From contig NC_081379.1 of assembly GCF_030684315.1 (NCBI RefSeq), forward strand, positions 30,147,947-30,211,946: 64,000 bases of DNA, in the 5' to 3' direction. The notes under the pieces were generated by a model, which saw only the letters and a list, made by a program, of their open reading frames with translations, had not been told where the DNA came from and did not search any database. Positions 1 through 9,400 of the stretch are shown here, one piece after another (the stretch's first letter is position 1; each line of letters opens with the position of its first letter). The DNA is from Stegostoma tigrinum (taxonomy: Eukaryota). The translations under genes and the position numbers were made by a program.

Positions 1-393
1 GGTAGGATTTTCGGCGGGTGGGGGGGGGGGGGGCATGCGAGAAGAGATGAGTGAAAAAAGGCAGAGGAATACTTTTTGGGAAAGAAAAACCAGCGACGCT
101 TGGCCAAGATTGGAACAAGGAATCAATAGTCTCTCTGAACTTGGCAAAGAGCATGAACTGCTCCAACCACAACGGAAGTCCTGTACAACTTGAATTAGGT
201 TCACTTCAGCAGCAATTTTAGCAAAATCCTGATTAGAAGAGTACATATATCAAAAATACCCCACTTCTGGTGTAGTTACAGAAAACTTAGGCACAAAAAG
301 CTTTTTTTCGGTATGCTCAATCAAAAAAAAGTTAACATTTTATTCAATATGTAGCTTTACATTCTGTACACAATTAGACTGTGAACAAAGTAC

Positions 394-606
394 CTCCACA
401 GTAGCAGTGCCCCCTCCTACGAGCAGGTGATTAAGCATACTTCCATTGCTGTTAAGAATGCCACTTTTGGAAGAGACAGGTTCACTTTTTCCTACAGCAG
501 TTTCAACATGATACGAATCAGCCATCGTCTGCGGCACAGCTACAATACACGTGATAGTCCAGAACAAGAGAGAGCAGCAGCCCACGGCCGCATCGCTGGC
601 TGTCAT
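394..606 (-). CDS. SLC8B1: Probable first coding exon of SLC8B1 (NCLX, Na+/Li+/Ca2+ exchanger); gene continues off the left edge
   Basis: Minus-strand exon 622-394 with acceptor ccttctctag and phase-0 donor GAG|gtactt. ATG at 606 gives MTASDAAVGCCSLLFWTITCIVAVPQTMA...GGGTATVE, a signal-peptide-like N-terminus. Human SLC8B1 is head-to-head with PLBD2 and has a similarly hydrophobic N-terminus leading to PVVD-C. The call rests mainly on synteny and exon architecture, not on strong sequence similarity. Confidence 0.55.
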
Positions 607-778
607 CACTAGAGCCCGATACCTAGAGAAGGGTTAAAATAATTCGAACTCGAGTCGGGAACACGGTCAGAAGATACAATCCCGGCTTCCACTCTCTCGC
701 TCAAATCTCAGGTGAGCGCACCAGGAAGTATACACGCTGTAAGAGAGTCCAGGGGAAAAATCTACTTCACGACATTAC

Positions 779-1010
779 CCTAGAAATAAGCTTATACCCG
801 TTTGAAAAATCAGAATTTCCCTCTATTTTTAATGCATTTGCACAACATTTAAACGTAATCCTTCTGAAAAACGCCTACGCGATCTGTCAGCTAAACAGAC
901 GTCTGCCTCACAGAAAGCCGACCGCCGATCTGCTACCAGCTCAGCTCCAGACTACATCATTGTTGCTGCTACCTCCCCCTATTTAAAGAGGCCGTGCACC
1001 AATGGGCATA
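779..1010 (-). promoter_or_regulatory. Putative promoter and non-coding first exon of the minus-strand gene
   Basis: CpG-retaining region. CCAAT at 999-1003, TATA-like TTTAAATA on minus (987-980), candidate donor gg|gtaatg at 779/778 giving a 156-bp intron to the acceptor at 623. Confidence 0.4.
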
Positions 1011-1103
1011 CCCAACCAGCGGCCTGGGAAAGACCCGGTTCCGTCCCTCCTGTCGATGTACGTAGCCGCGTTAAACATGAAAAAACGTATACATACATTT
1101 AAG

Positions 1104-1339
1104 AGATCGTACGAACTGCCGATGCTGGAGAATCTGAGAATAACAAGGTGTAGAGCTGTATGAACGCAGCAGGCCAAGCTGCATCAGAGGAGCAGGAAGC
1201 CTGACGTTTCGGGCCTGCAGCCTTCTTCTGAAAATCGGAAAAATTTCTGGAGAAGGGTCCAGACCCGAAACGTCAGCTTTCCTGCTCCTCTGATGCAGCT
1301 TGGCCTGCTGTGTTCATCCAGCTCTACACCTTGTTACCC
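1104..1339. mobile_element. Palindromic Penelope-like terminal mini-element
   Basis: Long inverted arms (ataacaaggtgtagagctg...cagctctacaccttgtta), two degenerate hammerhead motifs near the centre, exact 14-bp TSD TACATACATTTAAG (1090-1103, 1340-1353). Confidence 0.85.
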
Positions 1340-1432
1340 TACATACATTTAAGGTGACAATTTACTTAAGACCCACACTTAAAGGTAACCAGTTCTGTGG
1401 AAGGGTCACCAGACCTGAAATGTTAACTCTGA

Positions 1433-1633
1433 GATGATGGGAACTGCAGATGCTGGAGAATCTGAAATAACAAAGTGTGGAGCTGGATGAACACAGCAGG
1501 CCAAACAGCATCTTAGGAGCACAAAAGCTGACGTTTCGGGCCTAGACCCTTCTGATGAAGGGTCAGCTTTTGTGCTCCTAAGATGCTGCTTGGCCTGCTG
1601 TGTTCATCCAGCTCCACACTTCGTTATGTCAAA
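1433..1633. mobile_element. Palindromic Penelope-like mini-element nested in an older Penelope-end fragment (about 1393-1710)
   Basis: Inverted arms; 10-bp TSD TTAACTCTGA (1423-1432, 1634-1643); the host fragment resumes after the TSD. Confidence 0.8.
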
Positions 1634-2054
1634 TTAACTCTGATTTGTTTTCCCTTCACAGATACTGCCAGGCCTGGTGAGATTATACAGCAATTTTGTT
1701 TTTGTTTCACACTTAAAGTTAGTCTGCCGCTTAATCGCAGTTCGTTGGATTTTGTTGTTATTTCTGGTGCAACAAAAACACATGATTCAGACATCACCTG
1801 CAAAATATAGGTACAAAATGGTTGATTTAATTACAGAGAGACGCAGTGTCCGGGGCAATGGGAGACTAAGGGTCAAGTAGTCAGTGTCCAGCTGGTGATG
1901 GTTAGTATCATCAGTGCTCAGAGACTGGAAGGATGGTACCTGGAAGGAGGATGGTCAGACCTCAGTGTCGAAAATTACTTTGATGATGATGATGTTAGCC
2001 AGCTTTCAGTGTCCGTGCCCAGTGTTTTCAGGGCCGATGGTCAGTATTCCCATA

Positions 2055-3255
2055 GACTTTAAACTAAATAGAGCAGCGGGAGAAGATTCTGGCGAAGGAC
2101 TACGTGAGCTTACATAGAAAAGGGATCTGGCAGCAATGCATGTCAGCTATTTAGATAACGATACCAAAAATGGGACAGGGAGGGAACAGAGTGTACGAAC
2201 ATTTTTTAAAAAACAGCAAATAGACCAAAGGTTGGGGGGTGGGGAGTCGCTATGGTAAAAGAGAAATGGCAAAATTAATGGCTCTCTGCTTAAGTTCATG
2301 TAGTATTTGTTTTAAAAAATGACATAAAAAGAGGCGAGAAAACATGATATTGTAGCCATTAAGGAGGCGTGATTTCCAGGCGATCAAAGCTCGGAACTAA
2401 GTATGAGGTGGTGTAAGACTTTTCGACAGAACAGACAGGAAGGAAATGCTGCTGGGCTAGTTTTCTAAATTCAGCATGGAATAAGTATCAGCAAGAAATG
2501 ATGTGGCTTGGAAAATGTGGAATCCATATGGGTGGAGTTAAGAAATAATAAGGGAAAGAAGACATCGATGGGAGTAGTCTGTAAATCCTCTAATAGTAGC
2601 CGCATTGTAGGACATAGAATACATCAGGAGATGATGAAGGCATGTAAAAAGGGCATGCATTAATCTTGGGTGACTTAAATCTTCACGTAAGTTGGGAAAA
2701 TCAAACTGACAGAAATAGACATGAGGAAGAATTCATAGAATATATATGGAACAGTTTCCTAAACCAATGTTGTATCATCAGATACCACCCAGAATCTCTT
2801 GTTTGAAGAACCGTCGGTGAAAGGGACCAAAACTGTTCTCACTGACATAGGAGACAGCCCAGAGAATATTCACATGGTTGATTTCAAGCATGGAGAAATT
2901 TTTCCTATCAGGAGAGTTGAGTAGTTTGAGCCTACCCTCATTGGATTTTGGAAAAATGAGGTGACCTTTATTGAATAACACGAAATTCTTCGTTGTAGAA
3001 GCAGTAAAGCTGTTTCCTGCAGTTGAAAAATCTAGATCCAGATAGCATAGTCTCACACTGAGAGATTGCCTATTTAAGACAGAGACAAGGGGGAATTTCT
3101 TCCCGGAGGGTAGTGATCTGTGGAAATGTTTTACACAAGAGGGCTGTAGAGGCTGGGATTGATATTTTTAATCATTAAGAGACTCAAGGGTTATGTGAAA
3201 AAGGCAGCAAAGTGGAATTGAAGATTATCAAATCAGCCATAACCTCATTGAACTG
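2055..3255 (+). mobile_element. Decayed, internally deleted CR1 LINE (endonuclease region plus 3' end)
   Basis: ESIWVELRNNKGKKTSMGVV-like AP-endonuclease remnant near 2520-2600; CR1-type 3' UTR (gagggtagtgatctgtgg...atcagccataacctcattgaa). Confidence 0.7.
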
Positions 3256-3399
3256 TCAGTGTCCAGGAAGGGAGGGAGGGTCAGTACCCAGTGTCAGTTT
3301 GGGGAGGGTAAGTGGGGGATACAAGATGATCAGTATGGGGGAAGAGGTCTATACCTGACCACACTATGAAGGAGAGGAGGAACAGGGGGTGTGTGGTCT

Positions 3400-6200
3400 G
3401 TCCAGGAACGGGGACGATGAGTATGGAAAGGGAGATTGGTTGAAGAGGGACTGCTCACGAAGGAGAAGTGAGGAAGGATTTTGGGGGGTGGGGGAGGATG
3501 TTGGGCATTGTAGGGGTTGGGAATTTGGGGAGGATGTGTTGTGGGGGGATTGGGGTGGCTGTGGGATGGGCTGGTAGGGGAGGATGTGTGCTGGCGGATA
3601 GGGGAGGATGTGGGATGAGGGAAATGTGTGTGTGTGTGAGAGGGAGAATGTGTGTGAAGGGGGGGGCGAATGTGTGGGGGTGGGGGTAAAATTTTTGTAT
3701 GTGGGATTGGGGGGAAGAATGTGTGTGTGTAGGGGGGAGAATGTGTGTGCAATGGGGGGGTGAGAATGTGTGTGTGGGGGGGAATGTGTGTGGAGGGGGG
3801 GGGAACGTGTGTGTGGGGAGGAATGTGAATATGTGGGGCAGGGGAATGTGTGTGCTCTGTGTGTGTGTGTGTGTTGGGGGGAAAATGTGTGTGTGGGGAG
3901 AGGCTGTTAGTGGGGTGGAGGAGAAGGGGACGATGTTGGTGGGATAGGGTGGGGTGGGGGGCTGCAGGGCAGGGTGTTGGTGGGGTAGCGTAGGGTGGGT
4001 TGGGGTGTGGTGAGGGTGTTGGTGGGGTGGGGGAGCGGGGAGGATCTTGGTGTGGCAGGGGTGCAGGGTAGGATGTTGGGTGGCGTGGGGTGGGGGCTGC
4101 AGGGGAGGATCTTGGTGGGGTGGGGGGCGGGGAGGCAGGAGAGAATGTTTGGCAGGGTAGGGAGGATGTTGGTTGCAGTGGGGTGGGGTACAGTGGGGCA
4201 GCAGGGGAGGATGTTGGCTGGGGTGAGGATGGAGGGGCAAATGTGGAGTTGTGTTGGGTGGGGTGGGATTGGGTTAGGTGGGGTGAGGGGCCAGGAGAGG
4301 ATGTTGGGTAGGAGCAGGGGAGAATGTGGGGCAGGGGAGGATGTTGGGCATGTAGGGGGTTAGAGGGAAGTGGGATAGGGGTTGGAGGATGTAGGGAGGA
4401 TGGGGTGAAGGAACCGGGAAGATGTTGGGTGGGGCGGGGTGAATGGACAGGGTAGGATGTTGGGCGGGGTGGGGTGGGTGGACAGGGGAAGATGTTGAGT
4501 TGAGGGTGAGGGTGTTGTAGGGGGACAGACAATGTTTTGGGGGTGTTGACAGGGTAGGGCGGGCGAGGATGTTGCAAGGGCTTAGGGGGCGGGGGTGGTA
4601 GATGTGTGTGGGGGCTGGGGGCAGGTCGGGATCAAGGAGAGCGCAGGGGTTTGGGGTCGAGAATGTTGCGGGGGCAGAGGAGGATGGGGGGGGTGAGGAT
4701 GTTGCAGGGGTGTAGTATGGGGCACGGGTCATAGAGGGGATGGGGCGTAGAATAGATGGGGTGGTAGAGGATGTAGCAGAGGGTAGAGCGGGACGAGAAT
4801 GTTGCAGGTGGTGGGGCAGGGTAGGCTGGGCTGGGAGCGAGGATGTTGAGAGGCAGATTAGGGGGGAGGGGTATGATGTGGGGTGAGGAGGAAGATGTGG
4901 GGGGACTGGGAGGATGTAGCGGGTGAGGGTGTCGGGGGGGATGGAGGGGTCGGGGTCAGGTAGAGGGGGAATGTAGGGTGGGCGACAATGTTGCGGTGGG
5001 GTTGGAGAGGGATGAGCAGTGAGGATATTGCGGGGGCGTCGAAAGGGGCTCGGGGAGGTGAAGAGTGGATGGGGCATAGAGTGGGACAGAGGGCAAGGAC
5101 GTTGCAGAAGGTAGAGGGGGCAGGAGGATGTTGTGGGGAGTGGGGGTGGGGCAGACTGGGCTGGGTTAGGAGCAAGGATGTGAGGGGCAGGATGTGGGGG
5201 GAGGGGACAATGTGGAGAGAGGGGGAAGATGTGGGGGGAGGTGGAGGATGTGGGGTGAGCGGGGATGTCGAGGGGGAGAGGATGTAGAGGGCAGAATGTG
5301 GGGGGAGAGGATGTAATAGGGGAGGATGTGAGGGGAGAGGATGTAGAGGGTAAGGGTGTAGCGGGGGAGGATGTAGAGAGGTGAAGGATGTTGGGGGAGG
5401 GATTTGTGGGTGGGAGGAAGGATTTTGGGGGGTGGGGGTGGAGGGGTTGGGGCAGGGGATGGGGATAGGGTTGGCGCAGGAAGGATGTTGGGGGCGGGGT
5501 AGGGGGGTGAGGATTATGGATGTTGGTGGGGTGGGGAGGATGCGGGGGAGAGAGGATGTGGAGGGAGGGAGAGAATGTGGGCAGGGGACCAGATGTGATT
5601 GGAGCGGGTGTGGGGTGTGCGCAAGGATGTTGGGGGGGGCACGAGGATGTGGAGGGCTTGGGGGGAGAGGATGTAGAGGGGTGAATGTGTGGGGGGGAGA
5701 GGATGTAGAGGGGTGAATGTGTGGGGGAGAGAGTGTAGGGGAGAGGATGTAGAGGGGGAGAGTGTGGCAGGAGGGGATGTGGAGGAGGAGGATGTGGTGG
5801 GGTGAAGAGGATGTTGGGTGGGAGAGGATGTGAGGTGAGGATGTTGGCGGCTAGGGGTGGGGATGGAGGATGTGGAGGTGTTGTGATTGAGGGGGGGAGG
5901 ATGTGGGGTGCAGGGGTGGGGGAGGAGAATGTGGGTGGGGAGGAAGGATGTGGGGGATGGAGCATGTCGAGTGTGGGGGATGTTGGGGGCGTGGTGGTGT
6001 GGGGGGAGGATGGTTTGTTGGTTGGGGGATGTTAGTGTGGGGGGGAGGAGGTGATGGGGTTTGGGGGATCAAGGATGTTGGGGGGGTGGGAGGGAGGATG
6101 TTGGTTGAGGGGGAAGATGTTGGTAGTGGTGTGGGGGAGGAGAGATGTGAGGGGTTAGGGGTGGGGGAGAAGAATGTTGGTGGGGGGAGGGTAGGTGGTT
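3400..6200. repeat. G-rich degenerate tandem array (core GGAGGATGT plus G-runs; GT-rich sub-block about 3620-3900)
   Basis: Dozens of gaggatgt(t/a/g)gggg units; plus strand is almost free of C. Confidence 0.9.
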
Positions 6201-6205
6201 GACAG

Positions 6206-6262
6206 ACCCTGACCCTAACGCTGACCCTGACTCTGACCTTGACCTGACCAGGTCATGTGATC
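6206..6262 (+). promoter_or_regulatory. PLBD2 proximal promoter: TGACCy hexamer array and M-box/CLEAR-like site
   Basis: ccctgaccctaacgctgaccctgactctgaccttgacctgaccaggtca, with GTCATGTGAT at 6252-6261 ending 13 bp before the ATG. Confidence 0.55.
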
Positions 6263-6274
6263 GTGGCCGGGGAC

Positions 6275-6498
6275 ATGGCGGCGGCCCGGGGCCTGACGGA
6301 GGTTCCCTTTCGGGAGATGGTCCGAGCCCGGAGCCTGGACTTTCTCCTCTTCCTGCTCCTGATGCTGGGCTGCGCGGCCTCCCAGGAGCTGTTCCGCTCG
6401 GTTTTACAGGAGAAGAACGGGCGGCTCCAGGTGGTCCCGGGGCTGCGGCCCGATGGTATTGCGTGGGCCAACTTCACCGACAGGATCAAGAGCAGCGG
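6275..6498 (+). CDS. PLBD2: PLBD2 exon 1
   Basis: MAAARG...LLFLLLMLGCAASQ...DGIAWANFTDRIKSSG; donor gg|gtgggt. A second in-frame ATG at 6317 is an alternative start. Confidence 0.9.
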
Positions 6499-9400
6499 GT
6501 GGGTGGGGTGGGGTGGGGCGGGGCGGGTTTTGGGTGGGAGTAAGGGGGAGGTAAGTGGGGAAAGGGGGCGTACGGGTGGTTGGCTGAGAGGAGAGGGAGG
6601 GGTTTGGAGAAGGGAATCCATCCGGGAGGGGTTAGAGACACCCCATCCCACAGAGGGAGGGGTCAGAGACACCCCATCCCACAGAGGGAGGGGTTCAGTG
6701 CAGTAGGAGACGGGGATCAAACAGAAATAGGTGGTTTTGAGTCACACTGGGGTTGGTGGGGTCAAAGTGGGGAAGGTGAGAATGGGACGTGCCACAAACC
6801 AAGATCAATGAAATAAACCAGGGGATGTGGTCTCCAGGGCCTGGAAAAACCATGGCTACAGCAATAACTGGGGACCATCTGTTGATGGGTGATTTGGAAA
6901 CCGGGTGCTTGTCGAGTCATTAGTGTAACTCACTGGGGTTTGAAAAGGAACTGGAGGTCGTGGTTGTGCAGGGAAGAGACGTGGAGTTAATGGGCAGCAC
7001 AGTGGCTGAGAACTGCTGCCTCACAGTGTCAGGCACCTGGGTTTGATTCCACCCTTGGGCGATCATCTGTGTGGAGTTTGCACATTCTCCCTGAGTCGGC
7101 ATGGGTTTCCTCTCAGGTGCTTTGATTTCCCCCCACAGTCCAAAGCTTTGCAGGCTAGGTGGATTGACCACGTTAAGTTGCCCATAATGACCAGAGACGT
7201 GCAGGCAAGATGGATTAGCTATGGGAAATGGAGAGTGTAGGGCTAGTGTAGGAGGTGTGTCTCTGGGTGAAATGTTATTGGAATAGTCAGTGTGGACTTG
7301 ATGCACTGAGTGGTCTGTTTGCATACTGTAGGGTTTCTGTGGTAATGGAGATTGAGCATGGTGTAACCAAAGCACAGGCTTGGAAGGTGGGAGGGGACGG
7401 ATAATGGAAAATAAGACCCTACTAGGAAGGATTTACCAGGACCTGGGATGATTGGAAGGGGGAGCAGAGGCAGAGTAATCAGGGAGAGGTGTGTAAAGGA
7501 GGTTAAATGAGAGATGAGTAATGGGTAACAATCGGGGGATAAGAGACATGAAGCAAGTGACATGTTAACGGGAGTTGCCCCATGACCTGATGCTTGGGGA
7601 GGGTTACAGGTATTGCTGAGCTTGCCCTGATGACGCAATGCCCTGTTGACTCTAATTGTGTATGTTTAGATTTAAACTTTAAGCCAATTTGTAAATAATA
7701 AGATAATAACCCACATCTCTAAACAATAATAATAAAATGTGAGGCTGGATGAACACAGCAGGCCAAGCAGCATCTCAGGAGCACAAAAGCTGACGTTTCG
7801 GGCCTAGACCCTTCATCAGAGAGGGGGATGGGGGGAGGGAACTGGAATAAATAGGGAGAGAGGGGGAGGCGGACCGAAGATGGAGAGCAAAGAAGATAGG
7901 TGGAGAGGGTGTAGGTGGGGAGGTAGGGAGGGGATAGGTCAGTCCAGGGAAGACGGACAGGTCAAGGAGGTGGGATGAGGTTAGTAGGTAGCTGGGGGTG
8001 CGGCTGGGGGTGGGAGGAAGGGATGGGTGAGAGGAAGAACCGGTTAGGGAGGCAGAGACAGGTTGGAACTCTCTAAACAATAATACTTTGTCTTGTAATG
8101 AAAAACAACAACAAATATAATTTCTTCTCAAAGAACTTTACATTGTCAGCTTCAGTCATTTAGATGAATGCTAAACATTCCTGGTACTATTTGAAGATGG
8201 GCAATTCTTTTAGCAGACTGTTTTCTCTTCACTGTAATTAAAACATTGAATATATAATTGTTATTCTGAATGCCACTTCTCAGATGTTGCTGATGTAGAA
8301 TGGCTGTATGATTGCTGACACTACTTCAGAATTAATTTGCTGTGAAATACCTCAGATTTTGGCATCATGCGAGTATTGTTTTATTTTAAAAATGGCACTA
8401 ATATTTCACGGATAACAAGGTGTAGAGCTGGATGAACACAGCAAGCCAAGCAGCATTAGGAGCAGCAGGTCCTGCTCCTCTGTGGTGCTTGGTCTGCAGT
8501 GTTCATCCAGCTCTACACCTTGTTATCTCAGATTATCCAGCATCTGCAGTTCCCACTGTCACTAATATTTCACAGTTGAGTCAGAATTTACTGGAGAAGA
8601 AGTTGAAAGGAATGTGGTAGTTCCAATTGCCTTGCCAATTACTACATGAGATGAAGTAACATCACTTAAAGTATGATCAACAATTGCATTTAGAAAGTGC
8701 TGGTAGTGTAATAAAATGTCCGATGACACTTCACAAGCATTCATCAAACAAACTTTGCCGCTGATCCAAATAAGATTTGGATGGATGACGAGAAATGTTG
8801 TTAAATGGATGGGTTTTAAGGAGCATTGTAAAGGTGCAGAGAAATTGAATTTGGTTTAGAAGGGGAATTAGAAGGGCAACTCACAGCAAAGCCACCTGTG
8901 ATGAAACAATCAAAATTACAGGTGTAAAACTGCAGAATTGTTAAGTGGCTGTGGATTTGAAGGAGGTCACAGAGATAAGGTGAGGTGAGACAGTGAAGAG
9001 ATTTGGGGTATTGATTGATTTATTGTTGTCATATGTACCAAAATATACTGTAAAGTGTTGTGTTTTGTGCTCTGCAGTCAGATCGCACCATTCAAAGTGC
9101 ATCAGGGTAGCAGAATACAATATTACAGCCACAGAGAAGGTGCAGAGAGAGAGAACATAATTAACATTTGAGGGGTCATATCAAACGTCTGACAACAGCA
9201 GAGAAGTTATTCTTGAATCTATTCATACGTGCATTCAAACTTCTATGTCTTCCCGACAAAGGAGGTTGGAAAAGAGCATAACCAGGATGGGAGGGGTCGT
9301 TGATTATGTTGATTGCTTTCTCAAAGCAGTGGGAAGTAGTAGATGGATAGAAGGCTGGTTTGTGTCATGGACTTGGCTATGTTCACTACTGCAGTTTCTT

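Noticed and set aside
1104-1633. MITE or CRISPR-like interpretation of the palindromes
   Set aside because: Arms are asymmetric, TSDs are long and variable, the sequence equals the terminal repeat of GIY-YIG retroelements, and there is no repeat-spacer periodicity.
3330-5965. Long Pro/His-rich ORFs (415, 261 and 563 aa) on minus, and Gly-rich ORFs on plus
   Set aside because: By-products of the G-rich array, whose C-rich strand has few stop codons; several frames are open at once and there are no domains.
6206-6230. Interstitial telomeric repeat
   Set aside because: Only one true CCCTAA among variant hexamers; too short.
6499-6706. Extension of the 149-aa ORF beyond PLBD2 exon 1
   Set aside because: Read-through into G-rich intron 1; similarity to PLBD2 stops at the donor at 6498.
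6992-7065. tRNA genes (also near 30180 and 50330-50400)
   Set aside because: These are degenerate SINE heads continuing into SINE bodies; no cloverleaf.
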